In this document: positions 1 through 12,598 of the stretch, piece after piece | Layout: each line of letters begins with the position of its first letter | How positions within the stretch are numbered: position 1 is the stretch's first letter | Assembly: GCF_006345805.1 (NCBI RefSeq) | Contig: NC_043004.1 | Coordinates: forward strand, 47,492,001 to 47,556,000 | Direction: 5' to 3' | DNA: 64,000 nucleotides | DNA from: Octopus sinensis | Lineage: Eukaryota | Notes under the pieces: model-generated | The model's database searches: none | What the model saw: only the letters and a program-made list of their open reading frames with translations | What the model was told of the DNA's origin: nothing | Position numbers and translations under genes: made by a program

Positions 1-1250
1 TCTTAAACTGTGGTTATTTCTTTCTAACTGTACCTGATTTGGAACATAAAGAAATAAATTAGTTGCCAAAAAATTTTAATTGTAATAGACTTTATAGTTA
101 ATTTAATTTAATCTAATATTAATCTAATTCAGGTAAACCAACTTAAAGCAAATAAGTTAATAAGACTTCGTAATTCTATTATAAATTATAAGTAAATAAT
201 GCTACTCCCATAACAATAATGTGACGATTTTTCATTATGATAATCAATACTCTCACTTCTTTCAATTGACCTCTAAGTATAGACCCAAAGTCTGTTCTTG
301 TATAAATAGTATTAATAAATAAAGAAATAAATTATTTGACCTCCTTCCTAGTATTGCACTTAAATCTCTTAATGTTTTTTCCTATAGTGATAACCTTTGA
401 CCCTTCATTATTTTCCCGTGTTCTCTTTATATTCTTATATCTGCTTTTGCTCTGTCGGATTGGCAATTAACAGCTGTATACTGGTCAAGAATAACGTTCC
501 TCTTTATAACTCTAAGATTCCTGCAAATTCTAAGCCAGACTGTCTCTCTCCACTGAAATACACTATTCTGTGTAGTTGGGTATTTACAACACCTTTTCCT
601 CTCAGTTACCCCATAATACCGTATGTGAGTGATTTTTTCTACGCTCCACTAAATTTCCTTCAGCTAATATAATTCTAACATAGCAATTTTGAGAAATGAA
701 CAGAAGTGTAACCAGTATCTCATCATACTTCAGGAAACTATACCCACTTTATTATGGATTAATTATGGATAGATTCATCGTCTGTGAGTATGAAATATCT
801 CCTCTTATCTCCAGAATTCAAACCTACATTATTATGGATGGATTTACATTTTCTGTGAAACTAACAGGTTATAAGACTGTGCAACATAAGAGAACTTTGG
901 AAGTCTGCTTATTATCTAAATCTGATTTTTATAGAACTATCCTTGATACTTCATGAGTTTAACCTCACCCCCTAAGATGTTTGGAGAACTCAGATGTATT
1001 TTGGCTGATGAGTACGGGTCACTTGTATTTGATGCAATATTTGCAGCTTTAATAAAGCTGGTCTTCGTATGAAACAATTGTACAGAAATACTAATCCATT
1101 TTTGTTGCTTTTTTCTTGTTTATGATCACCCCGCATTATCTTATGGTTAATATCATATATATTTCTGGTGCATCTAAGTTAAGTACCGCATTCATGTGAA
1201 TTCAACAGAACTCACTTGAATCTTAATTGCTTTTACTGAATATATATATA

Positions 1251-1654
1251 TGCTGTGTGGTAAGTAGCTTGCTAACCAACCACATGGTACCGGGTTCAGT
1301 CCCACTGCGTGGCATCTTGGGCAAGTGTCTTCTGCTATAGCCCCGGGCCGACCAATGCCTTATGAGTGGATTTGGTAGACAGAAACTGGAAGAAGCCTGT
1401 CGTATATATGTATATATATATGCATGTGTGTTTGTTTGTGTGTCTGTGTTTGTCCCCCTAGCATTGCTTGACAACCGATGCTGGTGTGTTTATGTCCCCG
1501 TTACTTAGCGGTTCGGCAAAAGAGACCGATAGAATAAGTACTGGGCTTACAAAAAGGATAAGTTCCGGGGTCGAGTTGCTCGATTAAAGGCGGTGCTCCA
1601 GCATGGCCGCAGTCAAATGACTGAAACAAGTAAAAGAGAAAAGAGAAAAAGAGA
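1251..1654 (+). mobile_element. tRNA-derived SINE, family A (near full length)
   Basis: Head with B-box-like GGTTCAGTCCC, body TTGGGCAAGTGTCTTCTGCTATAGCCCCGGGCCGACC, tail GGCGGTGCTCCAGCATGGCCGCAGTCAAATGACTGAAACAAG followed by (AAAGAG)n. A close inverted copy lies at 53465-53868. Confidence 0.8.
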
Positions 1655-1973
1655 ATATATATATATATATACACGTACTGAGGTGTTCACTTTGCATTGG
1701 TCCTGCATGTAATCACGTAATCACATGATAGTAGATATCATTCTGAGATTGTTAAGACAAAATCGCATTCATAACCAACTCTGTACAAATTAATCCGATA
1801 ACCTTCTAGCAACCATGGACCGAATCCTGAACAGAAAATAAAATAAAACACTCATACAACTTTGCACTTTTACACTCTACAAATAATCATTAAATTATAT
1901 GAAAGTATACTATCTCCTATTAAGACCCTTGCTAACAGAATTTCACAAACCTACATATAGACGCACATAAAAT

Positions 1974-2178
1974 AAATTTCTACTTTTTTCTTATCTTTGT
2001 TTTCCTAAAATTTTCGTTGCTTCTTGCAACCTTTTCAAGAGTCAAGACTATTGAAAAGTTTGCAAGATACAACGAAAATTTTAGGAAAACAAAAATAAGA
2101 AAAAGTGGAAATTTTACCGGTGAGTGCGTTACATTATAAGGCACAAAACGGAAATGCCTCTCCCCAGACACAACAGAA
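1974..2178. mobile_element. Dispersed repeat (GAGTCAAGACT family) carrying a ~70-bp-arm fold-back hairpin at 1974-2114
   Basis: 1974-2043 is the reverse complement of 2046-2114 with few mismatches and a 2-nt loop (AA). 2040-2178 matches 48760-48900 and the reverse complement of 47291-47412. Abuts (TA)n. Confidence 0.8.
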
Positions 2179-2181
2179 TAT

Positions 2182-2248
<67 letters not shown>

Positions 2249-3529
2249 GCGCCTGTGTGTGTGTGTTTATACATACATATGTATATATATTTATATACGA
2301 TATCCATCTATATATCTACATATATATATATATATATACATATTGTTGTTTTCTGGCTACTGGAAATAAGGTCGGATAATTGTCGTTCTGGCAACAATTA
2401 TGTGGCCAGACACGATTGTTCACTAGTGTCCTCTTTCCTATAGATAATATGCCAGTATTTCTCCTTAAAACTTCAGATTATCTCCTCCTCTTCTCAAGTG
2501 GAGTTAATTTTATTTCTTATTTATTAATTACTATACATCAGCTAGAGGACGAGGTACTGTTGATGAATCAAGAATGGTGCACAAACCTGTATATGTCTAT
2601 TGTGTTGAAATACAGGCCACTGTCCACTATAAATTATTTCACTCATTTCCGTTTGTGCATGTGTGTGTAATTAAGAATACTTTTCTTGATATTTCTTAAA
2701 ATTCCTTAGAATATTTCGCTTATTTTCAAGAGATAATATTCAATGTCCGCAAGAATTTTTTCATTTTAATGTATATATCATAGTAGGTTTATACTTTCGT
2801 GATTATCTTTTGCCTTCTAGTTTCAGCCAAATGCTAAGGCCACTCTTGGGCACCGCCTTAGTAGTGATGCTTCACTCGAATCCACCCCTAAAAAAGTAGG
2901 GTTATCAAAATCATTCCAGCCGTGACCATCCCTTTCTCTTAACTTTCATTTTCGTTCGTTAATGTCGATTTCCGTATAACTGTTGTTTCTATCCGGTCAA
3001 AAGATGTATTTCTTTCTATTCAATGTCGGAACTGCATTTTTTTTTATAAGATAATTTCATCGAATGATCACAAGTATTCCCTATGAATATCATGCACAAC
3101 TAAAGAACGTGTATTCCACATTAACTTTAAAAGAAAGAGAATCTTTTTTATGATATGTTGAAAATTAATATATATTCGAGTATTTCTCTGACAGTGATTT
3201 ATTAATGCCCTCGAGATTTTTTTCTCAAAAATACAGTCATGAGATATGTGACTAAATGATATCACATATATAACGTATTATTATAACCAATTTGCTGGTT
3301 TAGTTTAGTCGCAGCTATTTTGCGTACATCTGCAATTAAAAACATGCGCCGAAGTCTAATGTCATTTCGATAATACATTATTTCATAACCGTGGAATAAA
3401 AGACATTTATATTATTTATTTGCTATTCATCATCTATATATATATATATATATACCGGAGTAAGCACATAAATTTGAAACAATGTTGATTGTTAACTACC
3501 CTAGAGAGTGATCAGCTCAACCTTATTGC

Positions 3530-4070
3530 CATCTACTTTGGTCGAAGAGTATTTAATGTTAGAATATTCAACATCCCACAAGAGATAAACATCTACTGAT
3601 TAGTAGCTGGGATTGTCTTTGACATAAAAGAGAAATCCACCATTCTGCGAATACGGATAATGCAGACAGACGCAGAAGTGGTTAAGACAGCTACTAAACG
3701 GAACTGCCTAGAACAGCTACTAATACAACCTGACCAGACAAGCATCGAGGTCATCGCAGAACATATAAGTTTACTAGGTTGCACAAATCTTAACGTGGTT
3801 ATTGAGAGCGGGAAGCAAAGTTGTCACCAACAGCAGTAGCGGCAATAGCAACAACAACAACAGTGGAAGCAACGATATCACACACAACAAAGAATCAGCA
3901 ACATCAACAGCAGCAAAAGCAATGATATCAGAACCTCCCGAAGCAACAACAACTTCATCAAATGAAAAGCAAAAAGCTCCGCAAGAATCACTCAACCCGT
4001 GTCCGGAACAATCACACATGCCCTGCGGTGGCGAGGGGGCAGGAAGCTCCTTATTCGCAAAAGATTCCTA
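3530..4070 (+). pseudogene. Possible decayed LINE ORF1 (gag-like) remnant
   Basis: One frame reads YFGRRVFNVRIFNIPQEINIY*LVAGIVFDIKEKSTILRI..., followed by a low-complexity S/T/N-rich segment. Resemblance to Tx1/L1-type ORF1 is by eye only; stops are present. Confidence 0.3.
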
Positions 4071-5182
4071 ATACCGACAAAGTGTATGGAGGGATTTCAT
4101 GCATTTGCCCGTGTATATCTGGGTGCCTTGACGTTTGAATTCTTCGTATAGTTCTAAATGTTTTTGTTTTTTTATAAATAACACTTTTATTTGCATGTGC
4201 TGTTGATTTCCTATCGTGGTTACAACATATTTTTCTACATAGGATATATCCAATTACCTGAATGCTTCAGCTTTGAACCAAATGCCTTATTTAATTTGCT
4301 TCCTCCATTAATAAAAATGAGCATTACCTTAAATACTTAACAGCCTCTATTCAGCTGAGAAAGAATAATGATTTATTTCCTAAAACGAAAGCTCTCATCC
4401 AGGGCAATAGAATTTTCAAATACTAGTTAAGAGCTCAACCAATATTAAACTACTTTTTTTCTATTCTGTTGTTTTATATTTTATTATCTATACTAATTTT
4501 TCTTCAAAATTTCCTGCGGTGATTTCGGACCCACTGTTATCTTAACTGAAATTAGTTTCAAATAAATAATACTGCCATCTTTTATAGACACCACGGTAAT
4601 TACATATAGATCGGACGCCTCGTAATTGGAAGGAAACGAAATGCTGATGTCACCTTAGTATGAGGTCTGCAGTAAGAGATTGTAAATTACAGTCTGTTTC
4701 TATCTTACAAACGTTGATATTCTAATTTAATTGTTTTCCTGACATTCAAATTAGGCAGATTTTCATGGAACGCCAAAAGCTTTCTTTGCGGATAACATAA
4801 ATTAATTTAAATGATAAACGTGACAAAATTAAGGAGCGTATATTCAATGAGAAGTTCGCTAAACTTTTGTTATGTATACAGGTCTTTAGTTCAAGTTCAC
4901 CGTTGAGATTTACTCGACAAAATATACGGTTTTATAAAATTAAAGCACGTCGGAAGATACATAATCAAGCACTAGTATGATGTTAGGTATCACAAGGGAA
5001 TCATTTATCTGCCAAGAACTAAGAAGTCGATTTGTGTGCTGATAAAATTTCGTTCGTTTTATGCAATAAACTATTACAGTAATCCTAATTCAAACTGACA
5101 AGAGAAACTCCCTTTAAAATCATTCCTCTTTATATTACCGAGGAAATAAAACTTTTGGATTGTAAGGGGCAGTATGAAACTT

Positions 5183-5191
5183 TCATCATCA

Positions 5192-5223
<32 letters not shown>

Positions 5224-5224
5224 T

Positions 5225-5270
<46 letters not shown>

Positions 5271-5295
5271 TACTACTACTATTACTACTATTACT
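5183..5295. repeat. Compound microsatellite (ATC)n(ATT)n(CTA)n
   Basis: Directly visible; abuts the 3' end of the Dong/R4 fragment. Confidence 0.95.
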
Positions 5296-6200
5296 TTTAA
5301 TCCGCATCTTTGTTACAGTCCTTTGCCAAGACACACCCAACGTCTTGGGACGAGTTAAGTATAAGAAATGTTACAATATGACTGAAAGTTTGGGGAGCGG
5401 AGGTGATGAAATATCTTTATGTAACACAACTGAAACATTTAAATGGACAGGGTTTTTCTAAGGATGTGGGCAGTACTTGTCAGTTCAATCTTTTGGATTT
5501 CTCTGAGAAACTGTTCTGCTGGGATCTTATTTCGATGTATCTGACATCTCTCTTTTATCATACCAAGGGCACCAACAATAACAGGAACAGTTCTCGTTTT
5601 AAGATGCCACATGTTTTGTATTTCATTTTCTAGGTCTTTATAGTTTCTTAGTTTGTTAAATTCCTTGACAGATATATTTTTATCAATGGAAACCCATCTA
5701 TTAGTGTACAATTATTTTCTTCCCTGTCTTTAATTATTATGTCGGGTCGATTAACCAGAGTCATTCTGTCAGTTTTACGGGAATGTACTTGCATAGCAAG
5801 TGATTTGATCTGAGATCGTGTGCTGAAACGAAAACAATTGCAGCGTGGAAGATGTTTGTAAGCCATTTAAGAAACACACAAAAGCTGTTCGATCCACTTC
5901 AACATTTAAGTTTAATTTGTCTAAATATTTTCGTCGCTTTAAGACCGCGACCTGTTCACTGAATGGAAAATCACAGAGGATATTGACTTTTTACCTTCAA
6001 CGACTGGCTCAGGATAGTGTTGGTATCAGTCAGTAAGGATGCTGATTTTGTATTGTTTACATATTTTCCAGTATAAATACTGTCCTAACTTATCGTGGCG
6101 ATTTTTTATATTCGCTTTGTGTCAGCACACGACATCCCGTGACGAGATGGTCTATTTTTTCATCAAATGTGTCGCAGAATCTGCATCAAGGTTCAGATAT
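5296..6200 (-). mobile_element. R4/Dong-clade non-LTR retrotransposon, 5'-truncated (CCHC finger plus restriction-like endonuclease domain)
   Basis: Minus strand: CRFCDTFDEKIDHLVTGC...EYKNRHDKLGQYLYWKICKQY...PEPVVEG; then NRPDIIIKD...KYKDLE-like NYKDLENEIQNMWHLKTRTVPVIVGALGMI...TAHILRKTLSI*. The 3' end runs into (TAG)n/(TAA)n. Interrupted by an insert at ~5757-5962. Confidence 0.85.
5917..5962 (-). ncRNA. Hammerhead-like motif with a G3/C8-swapped core, inside a ~200-bp insert
   Basis: Minus strand: GTGAACA G GTCGC ggtcttaaa GCGAC GAA AATATT T agacaa. Stem II is 5 bp and stem III is palindromic (AATATT); stem I is poorly supported in this copy. Confidence 0.4.
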
Positions 6201-6225
6201 GATTATTACTATAATTGGCACTAGT

Positions 6226-6590
6226 GGATGACCCCACTCTCAGTATTGACCTGTAACTGGGATGACAGAAGTTGGAGAGGGCTCACCTGTTGGTATTCTG
6301 GGTACTCTTGGATGGCGGGATTCCTTGATTATCCCTAGAGGTCCTTCTGTATTAGGGGATTCCACCACTATCGCTTCCCCACTCCCACTGTTTTGTAGTG
6401 CCATACTATGTATACTTCCTTTCTTCTAATGTATACCGTGCGTACTTTTCATTTTATTATTCCATGATATATAAAGCCCCACACTTTATGTCTGTCTATC
6501 TATTGTGCCCCTTCATCCTTCGCCGTGGTGGCAAATAAAAGAAATTATTATTATTATTATCATTATTATTATTATAATTATTATTATTAT
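6226..6590 (+). mobile_element. Probable 3' end of a Tx1/L1-like LINE with an (ATT)n tail
   Basis: Starts with VDDPTLSIDL* (compare MNDEATLSMIL* at 60316). The tail GTGGCAAATAAAAGAAA resembles GTGGCTAATAAAGAAA of the 59922/61139 copies and is followed by (ATT)n. Confidence 0.45.
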
Positions 6591-6772
6591 TTCCATAACA
6601 ACATCATTCGATATTGTGAGTTCTGCTATAATATTTTCTTTATTGTATGACTTCAATGACTGTAATCTTTTCCTTTCTTCAAGTCACATTACATCCAGAA
6701 ATCTGTCGCGAAAAGTAGCTAGTTTGGGGCTAATTTCGTGCAGTAAATTTCTGTTTGTTGGTATACTATTGG

Positions 6773-6838
<66 letters not shown>

Positions 6839-6879
6839 AGAATTATATATCTACAATATATCTGTTTATTCATAAGGTT

Positions 6880-7190
6880 AGAAATGGACCAAAATGTGTA
6901 GAACCAACTCCTGCGCTTTCTAAAGATGTCTCGAACACCATGCTTTACATTACAGAACGGAACAATATTTATTGCGAAAGAGCAATGCATGCAGTAAATG
7001 ACACGTTGCAGTTTTAGCATATGTATTTGCGGTGAGCTTAAACCATTCTCTCTTTGCGTTTATCGAAAGCATATGTTTCCCAGTTGATGTCGTATTTCAA
7101 AAGTTTTCAAGAATGTCTTCACACAGTCATACCACTTCTACGTTTGTGCTGCAGAGATTTTTCGCTATTACCGCAGGATATCAGATCTTA
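6880..7190 (-). pseudogene. Possible RTE-type LINE C-terminal remnant
   Basis: Fragmented minus-strand peptides (YDINWETYAFDK, REWFKLTA, FCNVKH...ESAGVGS) resemble the RTE ORF2 end; heavily frameshifted. Confidence 0.35.
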
Positions 7191-7423
7191 CGAACTCAAT
7201 GATACTAATGTCAACAATCCAGAATGAGGGGCCAAAAACAATTTCCCGTAAATATGCGCCATATAAGTCTCATATATTGCAACGACTACATTTAATAATG
7301 TTAAGTCTCTCTTTCAGCTCATTCTCTTTGATACACATATGTACGTGCGTGTGCATATATGCTGAAGTATATGAAGCATAAGTATATGTATGAATGCATA
7401 TATGAATATATATATATATATAT

Positions 7424-7453
7424 ACAGATAGATAGACAGATAGATAGATAGAC

Positions 7454-7522
<69 letters not shown>

Positions 7523-7545
7523 TATAGATAGATAGATAGATAGAG
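7424..7545. repeat. (GATA)n/(GACA)n microsatellite
   Basis: Directly visible. Confidence 0.95.
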
Positions 7546-7680
7546 ACACACACAAACATATACATATATTCATACGTACACACAAACATACACATATATT
7601 CATACATTCATACATACCATATAAAGGCTTTTTCAAGTAACTTGTTTCAATCAGAAAGTAAAGAGTTACATGCTAATTCG

Positions 7681-7798
<118 letters not shown>

Positions 7799-9199
7799 GT
7801 TTTTATGTGTATATATATATATATATACGTGTATATATATATGTATATATATGTATAGATATAGATGTGTATATATATGTGTGTATGTAGTATTTGGAAG
7901 TGCTTTACAATTTCAGATAATTTCACTCCTAATAGGCTCTTAATGAAAAATTTCCATTAAGCTTGAACTCATACTTTGTAAAGAAGTAATTTTATTCCTT
8001 GTCGAATAACGTAATTATATGGTTTAAAGAATCGTTTTGCTCTTATTTATTGTCAATCGTTCGCCAGACTTTAAAATATATATTTTATTGCTATATACGT
8101 ACATTATTTAAATTACTTCTGCTCATGCAGCTGATGGTGATGTTGTCATTAATAACTTTTAAGGTATGTGGGCTGAAAAAAGAAATAGAGTGTTGTACTC
8201 AATACTTAACAATTTCCAGTACCTTTCCTACCTCTTTCAAAATCTCTGGAACCATTTTGTCTGTTCGTTATATGGTATTGATTGGATAAGTTTGGATAAG
8301 TTCTAAACGTGCAAAACAGTTAATTCAAATATCTATAACCACTTATGAAAGAATATTCAAGTAGAGAAACAAATCCGGATGACTGAGTTGGTTCGGTTGC
8401 CGGTGTACTTAGATCCACCCCTTTATATTGTTTTGATATCCATGATGAGTATCATTAGAATGTATAGCTACCACTGTTTATTTTTTCTGCTGAATGAAGA
8501 GGAGTCCAATTGATAGAATCCTCAGAAAGTCGGATAGTATAGGATAATATATTTTGTATCGTTACCTTCGAGCCTTTGTCACCTGAGTTCAGATCATGCT
8601 GTGATAGAATTTACCTTCTCTATCTGCGAGGTCGCTAAAAGAAAGTACCTGTCAAATATAGTCGATTATTTCGCTTCCCTAAATGTTAGATTTTGTGATT
8701 GCGTCAGACAAATTATTAAGAGCAGTGGTTTGGTGATCTTGTTAAAACATTGGGTATAATACCTTGCAATATTCCTTCTCGTTCCTAAGATCTTGGGTTC
8801 AGTTCTTGCCAAGGCAAAATTTCCCATTAATTCTTTCCTCAAATATCCGTACTTGATAGTATAGACTAACTCCTCCCATTAATATCGTTGGCCTTGTACC
8901 AAACTCATAAGCAAATATTTCGAGAATGAGGCAAAAAAATTTCCCGATTTGTGTTTAAATATCACCGAAGCCAACAGTTTTTCATCCTGTCATTTTCGAT
9001 ACAATATAGTGCCACTCAAGTAATAACGATGACACTCCGCCACATTTTTCCAGCTCTTTTACACCTTTGTTCACGTCTGATCATGTACTTACAAGTAAAT
9101 ACATGATAAGGCTTTCTAAACTCTGAGTTTATATTTAGTTAGACCATCATTTTCTTTCTATTTTTCATGACTGATACCAGATAAATTCCAAGATCGATT

Positions 9200-9257
<58 letters not shown>

Positions 9258-9800
9258 TTTATCTTTCTTTCTCTCTACCCCTTTCTCTCTTCTCTCATTT
9301 CTCTCTCTCTCTCTCCTTTTCTCTCTAACTCTGTCTTTCTCTCTCTCTCTCTCGCACGCATTCTCCATAATACCTTTGTTGCTCTGTAAGTATGTCGTAG
9401 GGCATCACATACAGCGTCCCTCTCTCCAGAAATGAGAAAGGCTTAATTGAGGGGACTAATAATCTCTTCTCATAGAAAATTAATACACCATTCGATATTA
9501 GTATAAGGACTGATTGATGTATAAATTCAATCCAGAGAGAAGAGGATTGAGAAATTTTCGCATTAAAGTCTTAGAATATTATATGTTTAACTTTCTCCTC
9601 TGCGGGTTCAAATAACACAAGGTTTTGCATGACGTTATACCAATAGCATGTCATTTCTGTTAATACTAAAAGCAAAGTCGTATTTAGTAGTAGAGATATG
9701 TTAATGTCTTATTCATATAGACATTATGTAATAAATTTTAATCATATGTATTTAAAGAATAAATCATCTAGATAATAAATCGTTATTACATGAGATTAAG

Positions 9801-10237
9801 GGATCTCTTCGGTTTGAACGGCAATTTTTTCTAGCGGTGTCATATGAAATTGTCACCCATAATTATGGCCCTAGTATCGATCTATTGCATTTCAATCTGT
9901 TTTAGGGTTAGGGTTAGTTAGGGTTAGGGTTAGGGTTAGGGATGGGGGGAAGGGTATATTTTTTCTTCAGAAATGTAAGTAAACCCAATCTGTTTCTTAA
10001 ATGAGGGACATATTCATACGACACAGAATGGTTTTTAACTCAATGGACGTATTTGATTGGTTGAAATTGTAGAAATTGAAGAAAGGAAGCACAAATATCT
10101 TACAAGCTATGGATTTTTCTCAATAAAGCCAATAGAAAAAGATGTTTTATAAACACATTCTACCAGTATACGAATTTTCAATTTTTTTAGTTATCTAGAA
10201 ATTATGTTAAAAACTGCCATTCAAACCGAAAAGATCC
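9801..10237. mobile_element. MITE with ~29-bp TIRs and an 8-bp TSD (Merlin-like or hAT-like); contains a (TTAGGG)n tract
   Basis: Left TIR GGATCTCTTCGGTTTGAACGGCAATTTTT, right TIR AAAAACTGCCATTCAAACCGAAAAGATCC. TSD AGATTAAG at 9793-9800 and 10238-10245. Six TTAGGG units at 9902-9941. Confidence 0.9.
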
Positions 10238-11112
10238 AGATTAAGCAATAGTTGGTTTTATAAAAACTTAAGGGAAAATCGTTATTTTACCTAATAATGC
10301 ATGATAATAATTCGAGATCCACTCACGAAGTTTACTTTGTAATGTATCTTTCTGGAATTAAGAAAACAGAGCACTAGTCAAGTAATGATGTCGAATACAT
10401 TGATTATTTTGATAAGTCCCAAAATATCAGGCTTCGGAGAGAAACTATTCTCATATGTAGTATTTGTATCATCATTGAGACGACAGGTGCAGGAAGCTGA
10501 GCAAAAATAGCTAAATTTCTAATTGTGTTTATTTTAATCTTACCAAATAATAGATACATCGAATTATTTTTACCCAATTAATTGTTTGATTCTTGGAAAA
10601 TTTAGTAATTTACGGGAGTGTAAGACAAAGAAAGGGTTAATTTAAATAACAAGATAAAACAGTTCAACAATCCTATCTACAGTGTACCGCAAATATATTT
10701 TTATCCTTGCTATTATAGACAAAAGGACTGGCGATGCCGGCAAATATCAGCAGAATCTATATTAATCCTTTGAAAAGGCTGGTGGACTTTAAGGAGGGCA
10801 ATTTCATTTGGCTATAGCCATGGAAAACGCAAAAGCAGTTAACAACATCGTTTTGTGTTTACGGCTGAAAAGAGCGCTCTTTTTACCAATTAGCGAGCAG
10901 GAAACGTAAAGCCGCATGCACTTTCTACTTTTATGTTTTAGACACATATAGTCCAGCAAAGTCGCGCACGCTAAAGCATCGTCGAGAGTTCCCAAAGTTT
11001 AAATTGCAACTGCACTACAGTTACTATATATTTTGATAACTACGAATAGTGGACTAAGTTCTGTATTAAATTCATCAATATTTTTTAAGCCTTAAAAATA
11101 ATTCAGTATTAG

Positions 11113-11152
<40 letters not shown>

Positions 11153-11239
11153 CAGTCAAATATATATTTATAAATATATAACAGCCAAATATATATATAT
11201 ATATTATATATATATATATTATATATATATATATATATA

Positions 11240-11370
11240 GGAGAGTTTACGAAAAAAAAAAAAAGACGAAGACAGGTGGTGTACAAAACAAACGGATGTA
11301 TTAGTATAACGCTCAGGAATAGAAAAAGTCTTCTACGTTTAGTGCCTACGCTCTTCTACACAAAGGGACA
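11240..11370 (-). mobile_element. Short PLE-derived element (hammerhead family 2), degraded copy
   Basis: Matches 28999-29199 and 32879-33067 (GAGAGTTTACGAAAAAAACAAAAGACGAAGACAGGTGGTGTACAAAAC...); the hammerhead core is mutated; abuts (TA)n. Confidence 0.75.
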
Positions 11371-12598
11371 ATATTACGAATAATTATAAATTTAGTTTAA
11401 AGAGTTCTTAACTTTTAGATAACTGTATGCAAACAGTGAAATATTTTCTCGTGTATAAAGTGTATGTGATGTTATCAGAAATGAATAGAACTTATCCATT
11501 ATAAACAGCTGCTAAGATACAAACATTATGGATACTATCTAGTCTACACACGACAAACTCACTTCCGTATATCATATCGAAAACGCGGATAAGTATTGCG
11601 CGGAAATTGAACCAGAGTATACACCTCGGTAAATAAAGGAAGGAAATTGAATGTAGCTAAAATCCTTCGATAAATTTGCTGTAATAATATAGAATATATG
11701 TGGATGTAACGTTATGAGATGATGGTCTCTATCTACAAGACAAGCAATGGTAAGATATATAATGCAATAGGATACAGACAATGATGGAGAAACATTCAAG
11801 TGGAATGCAACTTTAAAATGATGACAGATGCAAGAAATGAAGAAATTCCAATTTATATTTTATAAAAGTGATACTTCGTAAGGTCATCAATTATAATATA
11901 TTGGGCCATGAATTACATATTTACGAGTGTTGAATCAGTATATTTCACAGCGAATGTTACCGATAAGTGTGTTTAGAAAAAATATATTTAAATGAAAATT
12001 ATCCTGCGAGGTTCTAGAAGCTAATCTACCACGTATAAATCACCAATGTCTAATGGTCTAAGTTTTCAGGTGTTAAGCGGAATTCCAAAGTGCATAAGTA
12101 CCAATGTTATATGAAACTTTCCAACTGAAAATGTTTGGCCTGCTAACATAAGTAAGAGCATTTAAGCAGTCAGGGAATTCGAATGAAATTGCATCATTTG
12201 TTTCTAACTGAGTATATTTGCTGATTTTGTACTTTGAAGAAATTTCCAAACAGTTTCCGGGCTTTTATTTCTTCAGATTTCTTACGTGAAGCAACTTTGA
12301 TGTGCAGAATATGATGTTACACTCAAATATAAGATCAAGGTGAAGGAATATGTAGTACAGGAGATGTAGTACAGGATATGTAGTACAGGAGATTCCGGAT
12401 CGATAGTTGTGCATTTTATGTTACTTCATCCCCAAACGAAAGTGGCATAAGTACCAGGCCTAGAAAAAGCAACTACGAATAACCACTGGGGTCAATTTAT
12501 TAGACTAAACAATTAAAGGTGGTGCTCCAGTATGGCTGAAGTATGGCTGGAGCAAGTAAAAGATAAAAAGATTTCACAGTGGAATCATTTTAATTCGA

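Noticed and set aside
397-1200. Possible LINE or PLE remnant (YYGVTERK- and LTYGIMG-like peptides on the minus strand)
   Set aside because: The motifs are short, in different frames and not consistent with one family.
9902-9941. TTAGGG tract as a chromosome end or fusion scar
   Set aside because: It is internal to a MITE bounded by TIRs and a TSD.
12350-12392. Three 14-bp direct repeats (ATGTAGTACAGGA), and similar small duplications at ~18170-18195 and ~34148-34200
   Set aside because: Ordinary slippage duplications without spacers; not CRISPR-like.
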